Positions 47,342-56,770 of a stretch of DNA of 64,000 bases are shown here, piece by piece (position 1 is the stretch's first letter; every line of letters begins with the position of its first letter). Under the pieces are notes generated by a model, which ran no database searches, was not told where the DNA came from, and worked only from the letters and a program-made list of their open reading frames with translations. Location: IMG/VR virus record IMGVR_UViG_3300042478_001888, positions 1,910 to 65,909 of that record; one strand, 5' to 3'. The stretch is from a virus (Duplodnaviria > Caudoviricetes). The position numbers were made by a program, and so were the translations under genes.

Positions 47342-48595
47342 ATGGCTAATTACAAAGCGGTAGCCAACGGCAACTGGTCGGCATTGGCTACGTGGCAAGA
47401 TGATGCAGGCGGCAGTTATATAGCATCTACGGTGTTGCCCGGGGCAAGTGATGTTGTTTATTTCAACAACTTCACCGTGCAAATGGATATTGATGCTACG
47501 GTTTTACAGATTAGAAACAATAGTGCAACAGGCGTAACGGCTGGCGGTAGCGGTGTTATTTCTGCATCAAGAACCGTAAATGCGGATTTGTTTCATGGAA
47601 CTGGAACATTAATAACCATTTCGGCATCATCGCCAAGCGTTGTAAACATTACAGGCAATATGCCGGGGACATCTGCAATAGCCAATAGCAGAGGATTAAA
47701 TATTACAAGTAATTGCACTGTAAATTATGTGGGGGATATTGTTTCTGCGGTTATACTTAATACTGGTGGCACAACTGGAATCCAAGCATCAAGTGGTATT
47801 TTAAATATCACAGGAAATGTAACGGGAGGGACTTTGAGTTCCTTTACTACTCCTACAGCAGGCATAAGAGCGTCAAGTGGGACAATAAACATTGTTGGGA
47901 ATGTTTATGCAACAATATTAGGAACAAGGGATAATTATGGTATATTAGGTGCTACTAATGGCACAATTAATATCACAGGACAAGTTTATGGGTCAACCTC
48001 GGCAATTAGCACATTAAATATGGGGATAAACGTAGGGGCTTTACTTATACTTACAATAGTAGGAAATATAAATGCCGCTAATGGCAGTCCAGCAATTCAC
48101 GGACCAACAAGCTCGACAACGATTCTATTATATGGGAATGCGATTAATTCACCAAACGGAACAATGGCTGCAATATGCCCGTTCCTTTTTCTTGAAAATA
48201 TAAATTTTTGGGAGTTTAGAAAATCAAACCTAACTACCAACACCCTATACACCCCCGGTGTTGCAACTGGCCACCCAGCCACCAACAATGTAAGAACAGG
48301 TATTGTTTACGGCCCTACAAATAACCTAACAGGTACTTGTGCTGTGCCTCCTGCTGCTGCTGTTAGCCTTGGTGTTCCTGTTGACAATACGGTGGGCACT
48401 GCAAGCCTTGATGCTAATGCCTTGGCTATTGCGTTAAACGCTTCGCTATTAGCAAGCCTACCGCCAGCAATCGCACCGCTGTTGTGGGACGAAGCGGTTA
48501 CCAACATAACCACGCCAAACAGCATTGGCGAGCGGTTAAAGAACTGTTCTACCGTTGCAACCACAGGGGCACAAATTGCATCATTTAACCCGTAA
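47342..48595 (+). CDS. tail fibre/beta-helix protein
   Basis: GNWS..ATW start; repeated NITGN.. units. Confidence 0.6.
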   Translation: MANYKAVANGNWSALATWQDDAGGSYIASTVLPGASDVVYFNNFTVQMDIDATVLQIRNNSATGVTAGGSGVISASRTVNADLFHGTGTLITISASSPSVVNITGNMPGTSAIANSRGLNITSNCTVNYVGDIVSAVILNTGGTTGIQASSGILNITGNVTGGTLSSFTTPTAGIRASSGTINIVGNVYATILGTRDNYGILGATNGTINITGQVYGSTSAISTLNMGINVGALLILTIVGNINAANGSPAIHGPTSSTTILLYGNAINSPNGTMAAICPFLFLENINFWEFRKSNLTTNTLYTPGVATGHPATNNVRTGIVYGPTNNLTGTCAVPPAAAVSLGVPVDNTVGTASLDANALAIALNASLLASLPPAIAPLLWDEAVTNITTPNSIGERLKNCSTVATTGAQIASFNP

Positions 48596-48598
48596 ACC

Positions 48599-49021
48599 AT
48601 GCGACCAATTAACCACATCGTTTTGCACACCACGGCCAGCAACATAACGGCCACGGCTGACAGCATTAACCGCTATCATAAAAAGGTACTGAACTGGCGT
48701 TCGCCCGGTTACCATTTCATCATTGAACGGGACGGCAAGGTAGTTGACAACTGGCCAATCACCAAACCCACCAACGGGGTAAAGGGCCACAACCACGACA
48801 GCATTCATATCAGCTACATTGGCGGCATTGATGAAAAAGGCAAGCCGAAGGACAACCGAACCAAAGAACAGAAGCAAGCAATGGCAGAACTGGTTACCAA
48901 GCTAACCGAAAAATTCCCAAACGCTAAGGTTTTAGGGCATCGGGACTTTCCTAATGTGAACAAAGCCTGCCCATGTTTTGATGCTGGGGCTTGGTGGGCA
49001 GAAGTAAAAAAAGAGTTATGA
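48599..49021 (+). CDS. endolysin, N-acetylmuramoyl-L-alanine amidase (T7 lysozyme-like)
   Basis: IVLHTTA, GYHFII, SYIGG and GHRDF..KACPCF motifs. Confidence 0.92.
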   Translation: MRPINHIVLHTTASNITATADSINRYHKKVLNWRSPGYHFIIERDGKVVDNWPITKPTNGVKGHNHDSIHISYIGGIDEKGKPKDNRTKEQKQAMAELVTKLTEKFPNAKVLGHRDFPNVNKACPCFDAGAWWAEVKKEL

Positions 49022-49449
49022 TTCGTATTGCCATTCTTATCTTTTTACTATCATCGTGCATTACTGAGAAGAAGTGTAATGAAAAGTTTCCTCCAAGGGA
49101 AAGTGTTGAGGTTCGTGATTCTATTGTGTATCGCGATACGACTATAATCATTCCTCCGGACACTATATCCTTTACGTTTATAGATACGTGTCAGAATATG
49201 GATACTGTGTTTATTACCAAGAAGGGAAAGGTTCGGGTGATACGTGAGAAGGGTAGAATGTGGGTGGATTGTGTTACGGCGCCGAAGGATTTTATAGCCA
49301 CCTTACAAGACCTCCACCGCCACACGATACGCACCATAGTAAAGGGATTGACATGGTGGGAGAAAGCCTTTATTTTGATTGGTAAATTCTTTTTATTTTT
49401 GTTGTTAGCAAGTATGCTATATGTAATTGGGAAACGATGGATAAGATAA
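49018..49449 (+). CDS. putative unimolecular spanin (lipoprotein with C-terminal TM helix)
   Basis: MIRIAILIFLLSSC lipobox; C-terminal hydrophobic helix; lies between endolysin and holin. Confidence 0.6.
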   Translation: MIRIAILIFLLSSCITEKKCNEKFPPRESVEVRDSIVYRDTTIIIPPDTISFTFIDTCQNMDTVFITKKGKVRVIREKGRMWVDCVTAPKDFIATLQDLHRHTIRTIVKGLTWWEKAFILIGKFFLFLLLASMLYVIGKRWIR

Positions 49450-49889
49450 CTTTTAAGGCAACGCTGTTGTCATACATTTCGGTAGTGATTTCATTCTTTA
49501 TTCCATTAGCCCCTTTATTAGTGCTAGTGTTTTTCGCTGTGGTTGCTGACACTTTTGTTGGCCGGTGGTATGCTAAGAGGACAGGGGAAGTGATAACAAG
49601 CAAGAAAACTAGGGAGGGTTTTACGGCCAAGATGGTAAGCTATTGTGCTGGCCTTACCTTTGTTTATTTGCTTGATTCTTGGGTGTTGAATGAGCTTGTG
49701 ATGATGTACTTCCCGAAAGACCACTTTTCAACGCTTCTAACGGCCTTATTTTTGATTTGGATAGAATATACCTCGGTAGATGAGAAAGTCAAATGGGCAA
49801 CAGGAAATGGCATTACAGACAGGGTATTTGACTTTATCAAGAAGGCAAAGAAAGGATTAGGTATTATCCGGAGTGTCAAGCCTGATTAA
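49437..49889 (+). CDS. holin
   Basis: Multiple TM helices; DTFVG...ITSKK.R...IEYTSVDE pattern; next to endolysin. Confidence 0.75.
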   Translation: MDKITFKATLLSYISVVISFFIPLAPLLVLVFFAVVADTFVGRWYAKRTGEVITSKKTREGFTAKMVSYCAGLTFVYLLDSWVLNELVMMYFPKDHFSTLLTALFLIWIEYTSVDEKVKWATGNGITDRVFDFIKKAKKGLGIIRSVKPD

Positions 49890-50214
49890 ATGTGCTGTTC
49901 TTTGTGCCGACCCAAATATGGCGAAGCACTATGAAGATGTTTTAACAGACAAGGGGATATATTGCGTTAGGAAGAGGGGTTTTGAGATGATTGTTTCCTT
50001 TGACAACAAGTTTTCCCCAGATTTATACTTTGTAGATTTCTCTTGTATTTCCTTTAAGGGGATAGAGGTTATGTATATGATAAAAAAGATTAGGGCCATA
50101 ACCATGTCTCGGAAGGTTTTTATCCGCCGAAAGGTTCACATCATAGGCTATGGCGCCAATCGTCATTTGTTTAAAATAGTAGATAGGTGGGTGGATTCAG
50201 TCCACGATATTTGA
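49873..50214 (+). CDS. hypothetical protein, weak receiver-domain resemblance
   Basis: PDLYFVDF...KGIEVMYMIKK. Confidence 0.4.
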   Translation: MSSLIKCAVLCADPNMAKHYEDVLTDKGIYCVRKRGFEMIVSFDNKFSPDLYFVDFSCISFKGIEVMYMIKKIRAITMSRKVFIRRKVHIIGYGANRHLFKIVDRWVDSVHDI

Positions 50215-50310
50215 TTGTCGAACCACACAATCATTCCCTTTTCATCTTTCTTTACATTAACCAAATCTTCCTTATTGACTATTAGCATAGGGGATATGGA
50301 GTGGGTAATG

Positions 50311-50709
50311 CTAAAGAGTTGGTGGGGAGTCTTCACTCTTTTTTTTAGTGGTTCTACGCCGTTTATTAGGATTGTCAGCAGATCGTAATCCTCCATCGGG
50401 AGCATGTGCTTCATCAGGAATTTGAGTGTCTTGAGTTGTATCTTCTTCATAAAGTCCAAATAGTTGTAGTAGTTGTAATGGGAAATCATCTCTTAGTGCA
50501 TTGGCACGTTTCCCTTCGGCGTGGCGTTTATTCCAGAGGGCTTTAAACTCCATGCCTTTTTTAAGCATGGCCTTCTGTGCGGCTTGCATATCGGTTTCCC
50601 CTTCGGCCACTTGGAAGGTGATGTTTTTGGCAGACTCAATAAATTTGCCAAGTATCTGCTGGTCGTTTTCTACGGCCTTAGCGTTTATTTTTCTTTGTCT
50701 TCGGTTCAT
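50311..50709 (-). CDS. hypothetical protein
   Basis: 132 aa; MNRRQRK start. Confidence 0.55.
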   Translation of the reverse strand: MNRRQRKINAKAVENDQQILGKFIESAKNITFQVAEGETDMQAAQKAMLKKGMEFKALWNKRHAEGKRANALRDDFPLQLLQLFGLYEEDTTQDTQIPDEAHAPDGGLRSADNPNKRRRTTKKKSEDSPPTL

Positions 50710-50756
50710 GATAAAAGTTAAAAAGCCCCAGCTGTTACACTGGGGCTGTGGTTAAT

Positions 50757-51440
50757 TTAGAATGGGAAGTCCTCATCATCGCTCTCGGCCAAGAGTTCCT
50801 CTTCCCCTTGGGTTAGAGGCTTATCTGTTACCGGGGTGGTGGGAGCTGTGCCAAAGTATGCCTCCAGGTAATCCTCTAGGAGTTGCCACACGCCCTTGCC
50901 AGACTCTTCCTCTTGCGGGGTTGTTTGCTCTAGGGTGAACTTGGGGAACTTGTAGGATACAGCGCCTTTCTTGCCGGAGCCAACCTCTGAGAATTTAACT
51001 GCTCCATCGTACATGCGGTTGTTCTTTTGGAAATCAACCCATGAGTTAAGGGCAGCGCCGGAGAGTTTGATGTTGCCAAGTTTAACCTCGCCATCGACTT
51101 CTATTGCGATGTAAATGGAGGAGGTAAACTTAATGCCTTTGGGCAGGCTTTCTTTCATTTGGCTATACAGCCCTTTTTTAATTACCCCAGACTTAGTTCT
51201 GACGGTTATCTCTTGCTTTGTGGTGTCCCTCACCTCATTGGCATACACGCCTTGGTTTGAACTTTCGTCAAAACCGGTGATGGTGCTAAGGACATCTAGC
51301 ACAATAAACCGCCCCAGTTCAAATGGGACTCTGGTACCTGCTGCTTTATCATAGTAGCGAAAGTTACCATCAGCACCACCCCACTCTAACCAAAGAGTGC
51401 AAGGGTGCTGGTTTGTGTTACGAGGCTTAAATCTGCTCAT
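50757..51440 (-). CDS. single-stranded DNA-binding protein (putative)
   Basis: Acidic C-terminal DDEDFPF tail; KKGAVSY..PKF; minus-strand terminator at about 50721-50748. Confidence 0.7.
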   Translation of the reverse strand: MSRFKPRNTNQHPCTLWLEWGGADGNFRYYDKAAGTRVPFELGRFIVLDVLSTITGFDESSNQGVYANEVRDTTKQEITVRTKSGVIKKGLYSQMKESLPKGIKFTSSIYIAIEVDGEVKLGNIKLSGAALNSWVDFQKNNRMYDGAVKFSEVGSGKKGAVSYKFPKFTLEQTTPQEEESGKGVWQLLEDYLEAYFGTAPTTPVTDKPLTQGEEELLAESDDEDFPF

Positions 51441-51458
51441 AGTTTAACGGATTAGTGG

Positions 51459-51656
51459 TTAAAATTTTTTGCCGTAGGGCTTTAGTTCTTTGATAATGTT
51501 TTTGATTGCTGTGGCGTTTCTAACTAGCCGGAAGGAAGCTTTGCTCATAGTTTTCTGGGCAGTTTTGCATCCATTTTCGGCTTCTTCAATGTGGAGTTTT
51601 AACTCTACGGACAAGTCCTCAATGTTAGCTAGTAGGTGTAGTGCTGCTTGTTTCAT
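51459..51656 (-). CDS. small helical protein, possibly Bacteroidota histone-H1-like
   Basis: EEAENGCKTAQKTMSKAS resembles the GNKAA..R.RK.S motif. Confidence 0.4.
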   Translation of the reverse strand: MKQAALHLLANIEDLSVELKLHIEEAENGCKTAQKTMSKASFRLVRNATAIKNIIKELKPYGKKF

Positions 51657-52188
51657 CTTTTACGAATATGCCACCTTGTGTCTTGCCAGTACGGTTTTTG
51701 ATTTGTTCCCATGCTAGGGAAAGACATTCGGCGAGGTTAATGTTTCGGAGTTTACAATAGATTATGAGTGTTACAAGCACGTCTCCCACAGCGTCTTTTT
51801 CCTCTTCTTCTTTGTTTTTAAGCAGTGCGCTTGCAAGCTCACCACCTTCCTCAAAGAACTTTAGGAGTTGGGATTGGGGGGAGGTTATGCCTCTGGCCTT
51901 TGCCCAGGCTTCAATGCTTGGGATAAGGGTTTCGATTGGTGTGGGGAGGGGTGCGCCTGATTGAAAAGGAGCGTCTGGGGAGGGGGCAATACCCTGCACC
52001 ACTTCGTCGTGAACATTATACCAAAAGGCGCCTCCTTCTGGGGAGTTACCCCAATCAAAGCTACCCAAAAGGGCATCGGCCAAATTGTCGTATTTAAACA
52101 ACAATGGTATTTTACCGGTATTAGCCAAAGCCAGTTTTCTGGCGTGTTGTGGTAATTCTGCGAACCACTCGCGTGCTGTTTTTTTCAT
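51625..52188 (-). CDS. MazG-like nucleotide pyrophosphohydrolase with N-terminal extension
   Basis: QLLKFFEEGGELA..DAVGDVLVTL..IKNRTGK..GIFVK. Confidence 0.85.
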   Translation of the reverse strand: MKKTAREWFAELPQHARKLALANTGKIPLLFKYDNLADALLGSFDWGNSPEGGAFWYNVHDEVVQGIAPSPDAPFQSGAPLPTPIETLIPSIEAWAKARGITSPQSQLLKFFEEGGELASALLKNKEEEEKDAVGDVLVTLIIYCKLRNINLAECLSLAWEQIKNRTGKTQGGIFVKDETSSTTPTS

Positions 52189-52499
52189 AGGTTTGATTTT
52201 ACTTTTTCCCAGTAGTTAAGGGTTGATTCTTTAAGGTGTCCTTTCGGCCCGCCATTCCATTTCCGGGCAATAACCTCAGCGCTTTTATATCCGCTAACTT
52301 TTACCCACTTAGCAAAGGCTTCCTTCGACTTATCGCAATCGAGCCTATCCTCTAAGGTAAACTGTATGCCAATACTATTGAAGTGTTGCACCATTGTAGG
52401 GCGGATTTGCAAGCACCCTTCCGCATCGCCATTCCGCGCCGAAGGGTTACCCCCACTTTCTACCATAACGATAGCAGCAATTAAAACTAAAATATTCAT
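52185..52499 (-). CDS. lysozyme-like / transglycosylase SLT domain protein
   Basis: VESGGN..A..GCLQI..ARKWNGGP..YW. Confidence 0.75.
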   Translation of the reverse strand: MNILVLIAAIVMVESGGNPSARNGDAEGCLQIRPTMVQHFNSIGIQFTLEDRLDCDKSKEAFAKWVKVSGYKSAEVIARKWNGGPKGHLKESTLNYWEKVKSNL

Positions 52500-52533
52500 C
52501 TTTTGTCGTATTTAATGTAAAGGAAAGGACAAT

Positions 52534-52989
52534 TTATGTAATATCCAAAAGATATTTACCTTTTAACGTTTCTTCACATTTAAGCTCCATATACCTATCT
52601 GCAATTTCCATAGCATTATCCAAAGAAGAAGAAAAGAAAGCGCAATATCCCTTAGAGCGTAAAAGCTCAATAGTCTTGAACTGCTCCTCCAAGTGATTTA
52701 CCTTAATGATTAACGGCCCTCTACGCTTAACCTCAGTTTGCATTTTAAGAGTACCATCTTTCTTTAAGGGGGAATCCTTCTTTAACTCTATGTATAGGCC
52801 ATGATAACTACCTTTAGGCTCAGAGATAAACACGTCGGGGTGGGTATGCGCTGAACGTACTTCCTTTAACGCTATTGCCTGGCCCATAGTTACCCTCACG
52901 CCACTACTCTCGGAGGTGAATACTACGTTGGGGTATTTCTCTTTTAGGTAGTGGGCGAAGGCTTTATGGATATTTTTCTCGGTACTCAC
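52534..52989 (-). CDS. VRR-NUC-like endonuclease
   Basis: PDVFI..YHGLYIELK..EEQ..LRSKGY. Confidence 0.8.
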   Translation of the reverse strand: MSTEKNIHKAFAHYLKEKYPNVVFTSESSGVRVTMGQAIALKEVRSAHTHPDVFISEPKGSYHGLYIELKKDSPLKKDGTLKMQTEVKRRGPLIIKVNHLEEQFKTIELLRSKGYCAFFSSSLDNAMEIADRYMELKCEETLKGKYLLDIT

Positions 52990-53102
52990 TTCTTAACTAC
53001 TAGTATAAAGATTTGTGTTTTACATTCTTTGCATTTATACACCTTCTCAGGTGTTCTTTCGGGCTTTATTAACGCCCCAGAGCATATTGGGCAGTGTTTC
53101 AT
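52986..53102 (-). CDS. 38-aa zinc-ribbon peptide (MKHCPICSG...YKCKECK)
   Basis: Two CxxC pairs; coupled to both neighbours; read from the sequence. Confidence 0.55.
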   Translation of the reverse strand: MKHCPICSGALIKPERTPEKVYKCKECKTQIFILVVKK

Positions 53103-54154
53103 AATTTAGAAAGCCATTGGTTGTAAACTTGCTCTGCGATTTTTGCGGTCATTAAAGGCGGTACGCTCATACCGATTAGGTATTGAGGTTTATTATCACA
53201 AAAGTCATAATCTTTCGGATAAGAACCACACTCACAAAGCTCATCGAAATTTCTATATCTTGGTTCATCAAATAAAACACATTGGTCATTACCAAGTATT
53301 GTGTTTATTGTTCCTGTTTGATATATGAACTTTGATCCAAAATGTAAAAACTTTTTACCAAACTCCCTTTCGTTTATTATTTCAAAACTTAAATCTCCAA
53401 CCTTTCTTAAGTCCCATATTTTTTTCATATTATCGGATAAAGGTCTGTCAGTATAGTTATGATAAATATCTTTGAAAGGTATCTCATGTTCATTAAACTC
53501 AAGTGTAAGTTTAGGGACTCTAGTGTACAAATCGGCGTTCTCTAAAAACTGCCCAGCTAAATCTTTACGCAAAGCAACAAAGAAAACCCTTTCTCTACGC
53601 TGTGGCACACCCATTTTGCTTGCATCTAAAAGCCAATGTTGAACGATATACCCAGCCTTATCAAACGCTTCATAAATCTTCCTAACATATTCAATAGCAC
53701 CTCCAAGCAACAAACCTTTTACGTTTTCGGCAATGACTACTTTTGGTTGTAGCTTTTCGGCCAAATCAATAAAGTCAAAAAACAAGGTGTCAAGAACTTG
53801 TTCTGCTTGCCCTTCACGAAACACCTTTTCTTTACCCCAATCCTTTTCACGATTGCCGGCCATTGAAAAACTACTGCAAGGCGGTGACCCATCAAGAATA
53901 TCCAACTCGTACAATTCTTGTGGCAAGTCCTCACGTAACTTGAATGCTTGTATTGGTTCTAAATAAGCATACTTTGGGTTATGGTTTGTCTTGTATGCAC
54001 CCATCATCTTTGGGTCAATTTCGTTACAACCAAGAACATCAAACCCGGCCAATTTATATCCCATTGTTGAACCTCCTCCACAAGCAAAGCAACTAAACAC
54101 CTTTCCTTTATCTTTGGTAAATACTGCGTCTTTAAGCGTCCACTTGTAGTTCAT
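53099..54154 (-). CDS. dcm: DNA cytosine-5 methyltransferase
   Basis: FACGGG, GSPPC, ENV, QRRER and GMSVPP motifs. Confidence 0.92.
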   Translation of the reverse strand: MNYKWTLKDAVFTKDKGKVFSCFACGGGSTMGYKLAGFDVLGCNEIDPKMMGAYKTNHNPKYAYLEPIQAFKLREDLPQELYELDILDGSPPCSSFSMAGNREKDWGKEKVFREGQAEQVLDTLFFDFIDLAEKLQPKVVIAENVKGLLLGGAIEYVRKIYEAFDKAGYIVQHWLLDASKMGVPQRRERVFFVALRKDLAGQFLENADLYTRVPKLTLEFNEHEIPFKDIYHNYTDRPLSDNMKKIWDLRKVGDLSFEIINEREFGKKFLHFGSKFIYQTGTINTILGNDQCVLFDEPRYRNFDELCECGSYPKDYDFCDNKPQYLIGMSVPPLMTAKIAEQVYNQWLSKL

Positions 54155-54996
54155 AACAATCCGTTATTCTTAGATTTAATTGGTCGAGAGCCAAACTCAT
54201 TACGATACCTTTCATAAACGCCTCGCAAGGTAATGTTTATTTCCTTTCCGTCAAACTTTCTACCTTCAAACCTTCCAGCAAGTAATCTATCTGCGATATT
54301 CTGCTCCACGCCCATTCTATTCAAGATACAGCATATCTTAAAAACGTATAGGTTTCGCTGCCCAGGCCGAAAGGTTATGCCCGTATTCTGCACTCCCTTT
54401 TCCGCTATCCTTAACGCATCATCTATACCCCTTACCTCCATAGGGTTGAAGTAGATAGGCTTCTCCTCAGGCATGATGGGTGGCGTGTAGGTAGGTGCTT
54501 CTAGGTTTAGGTATGCTTCGGGGTCATAGGACAAGTTACACTGCTTGTTTACAGGCTTTCCGGCCTTGTCGGAAAGGCCGAAGGCAAACTCTCTATCAAT
54601 ACACTCCCATGCCCACTTGTGATGGTAGTTGTCCTTTGGGATAGCTGTTCTAAAGCCAACTTTAACTCCTCCCCTTGGGGAACGGAACAAAAATAAAACG
54701 TATGTTGTGTCAAGGTAGGATAGTACCCTTTCGGCGCGTTGTTTTCCATCAATGTCTAAGTGTATAATTCCAGAATGTTTAACTAAGTTCTCAGCCTTCT
54801 TTCCCCCAGAAAATACCCCAGAGGGGAAAAAGGCCGGAAGCATCATCTTCGCAGCATCAGCATCTTCCTTTTTCATCTTCCTAATTGCTCCAATCCTATC
54901 CCTCATGGCATCGCTTTTAATATGCCCTATGATAGTCTTGATATGCACAGGCTTACCCTCTAACTGGTAATTGTCTGGGAGAACGGTGCAAATCAT
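54151..54996 (-). CDS. BT4734/VirE-N-like primase-polymerase domain with PriCT-like C-terminus
   Basis: LPAFFPSGVF, HSGIIHLDID, SPRGGVK, LSYDPEAY and GQRN motifs. Confidence 0.8.
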   Translation of the reverse strand: MICTVLPDNYQLEGKPVHIKTIIGHIKSDAMRDRIGAIRKMKKEDADAAKMMLPAFFPSGVFSGGKKAENLVKHSGIIHLDIDGKQRAERVLSYLDTTYVLFLFRSPRGGVKVGFRTAIPKDNYHHKWAWECIDREFAFGLSDKAGKPVNKQCNLSYDPEAYLNLEAPTYTPPIMPEEKPIYFNPMEVRGIDDALRIAEKGVQNTGITFRPGQRNLYVFKICCILNRMGVEQNIADRLLAGRFEGRKFDGKEINITLRGVYERYRNEFGSRPIKSKNNGLL

Positions 54997-55724
54997 AATA
55001 GCTTGGGTTGAATTTGAGATATACGCTTTTCGGCGACCTTAATGTATTCGGCAAACAATTCGCTGCCAATATAGTTTCGGTTTTCGCTTATTGCCGCGAC
55101 TGCTGTTGTTCCGCTTCCCATATATGGGTCGTAAACCAAATCGCCTTTATCCGTTGCAGATAAAATGCAATTCAATGGAAATGAAATAGGGAAAGGTGCT
55201 GGGTGCCCATTTGAAGCATCGGGGCTAATATCCCAAACGCTTTTTTTATACAAAGCCATATCCCTATAAAACTTTGGCCTTGCAATCTTGTCTTTTTTAA
55301 TCCAAAAAACATATTCAGTAATAGGGTAAAAGTAGCTTACATCAAGTTTTGGGGTGTTTTTTCTATTCCAAATAATCACTTGTTTAAGGGGAAAATCATA
55401 TACATACTTTGGGTGTATTGTTGTATGCAAATGCAAAATATCAATGTGGTTGTAAAATATACTGCCAGTCGGCTTGAGTATTCTTATGCACTCGCTTAAT
55501 ACTTGCCTTTGTTGTTTTTCGTATTCTTCTGGGTGTAATTTATCATTAAAATCACCATACACTATTTTCCTTGACTTGGTTCTAAAGTCGCCGTTGTTTT
55601 GGTTTTGGTTCATACTCCAAAAGGACTTATTGTAAGGCGGCGAAGTAACTACCAAGTCCACGAAATTGTCAGGCATTCTTGCCATTGTGTCAAGGCAGTT
55701 CTCGTTGTGAATTTGATTTATCAT
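54993..55724 (-). CDS. DNA N4-cytosine/N6-adenine methyltransferase
   Basis: TSPPY, HPAPFP and YDPYMGSGTT motifs. Confidence 0.9.
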   Translation of the reverse strand: MINQIHNENCLDTMARMPDNFVDLVVTSPPYNKSFWSMNQNQNNGDFRTKSRKIVYGDFNDKLHPEEYEKQQRQVLSECIRILKPTGSIFYNHIDILHLHTTIHPKYVYDFPLKQVIIWNRKNTPKLDVSYFYPITEYVFWIKKDKIARPKFYRDMALYKKSVWDISPDASNGHPAPFPISFPLNCILSATDKGDLVYDPYMGSGTTAVAAISENRNYIGSELFAEYIKVAEKRISQIQPKLL

Positions 55725-56770
55725 ATCATCACCGGCATGAAGTACAAGGCAACATCGCCCTTAATAATTCCTACCACTCGGTTATCTGCTTGGAAGCCAA
55801 TGGTAGCCTCGCCAATCATTCCCACAGCTTGAAGCAACTGCTTGCCGTTTAACCCTACCTCATTCTCTTCAAGCAATCCCGGCATCTCTTCCTCATAGTT
55901 CTTGCCAAAGTCAATATCCTCAGAAGCTACCTTCCCCTTGCCAATTCTAATCAGGGAAGTAGCCTTCGGGCTAAAAGATATACACCTTTCCACAGCACCT
56001 AAAAACTCCGGCAGGGAAACCTCGCAAAGCACTGGGTACTCTTTAATAATCACACTTTCAATAACCTCTAATTTCATTGGGTTGTCGGCAGTACGCATGA
56101 ACAAAGAGGTAATGCCATCGCTAAACTGATGCCACTTCTCAGATGCACCAACATGAACTATGCCTTGCATACTGGCAACCACCGGGATATACCTTGGGGT
56201 TATGCCCACAATCCTACCATCGTTTTCCTCTACCCTGTCTATGTACTTAACCTCTGAGAGATAAACACTATACGCATTGGTGGCGTAGCAATACACCTTA
56301 TCCCTTCGTGTTTGTAGGTTTACTTGGCACATTTGTGGCCGCAGATCATCATTGCCAGCGAACCTGCCAGCCAAGGAAAGGTGTGAAACAAGGTCTTTAA
56401 CCGGCTCGGAAAATAGCGCTGGGGCTAAGGTATAGTTAAAGGATAGTGCCGAAGAACTGTCTTGGAGTGGCACTTGGCCTTTACCCCTGCCGCTTTTGAA
56501 GTATAGCACATCGGAGGCGGTAAGCCCTATGTCTTCGGCGCTTCCCTTATTTGCGATTGTTTCAAGGTCATAGTATGAAACATAAAAGTCATTGGGAATA
56601 GTGTCGGGGAAAGCCTCAATGTTAATCAATATCGCGGCATCTAACCCAGCGCAAGATATTGTCCTGTCTGTTACCCTCAGCCAAGAAGTTGCTGGTGCGG
56701 TGCTTTTTGCTTTTGCTACTGGCGCTAAGGCTGCCAATGCGTTTTTTAGTTGTGTTCTAGTTACTACCAT
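55721..56770 (-). CDS. DNA polymerase III beta-clamp-like protein
   Basis: DDLRPQM, YATNAY, VGLNGKQL and FMPVMI motifs; 349 aa. Confidence 0.7.
   Translation of the reverse strand: MVVTRTQLKNALAALAPVAKAKSTAPATSWLRVTDRTISCAGLDAAILINIEAFPDTIPNDFYVSYYDLETIANKGSAEDIGLTASDVLYFKSGRGKGQVPLQDSSSALSFNYTLAPALFSEPVKDLVSHLSLAGRFAGNDDLRPQMCQVNLQTRRDKVYCYATNAYSVYLSEVKYIDRVEENDGRIVGITPRYIPVVASMQGIVHVGASEKWHQFSDGITSLFMRTADNPMKLEVIESVIIKEYPVLCEVSLPEFLGAVERCISFSPKATSLIRIGKGKVASEDIDFGKNYEEEMPGLLEENEVGLNGKQLLQAVGMIGEATIGFQADNRVVGIIKGDVALYFMPVMI

Noticed and set aside
44879-48595. Diversity-generating retroelement targeting the tail fibres
   Set aside because: No reverse transcriptase and no template/variable repeat pair seen in the window
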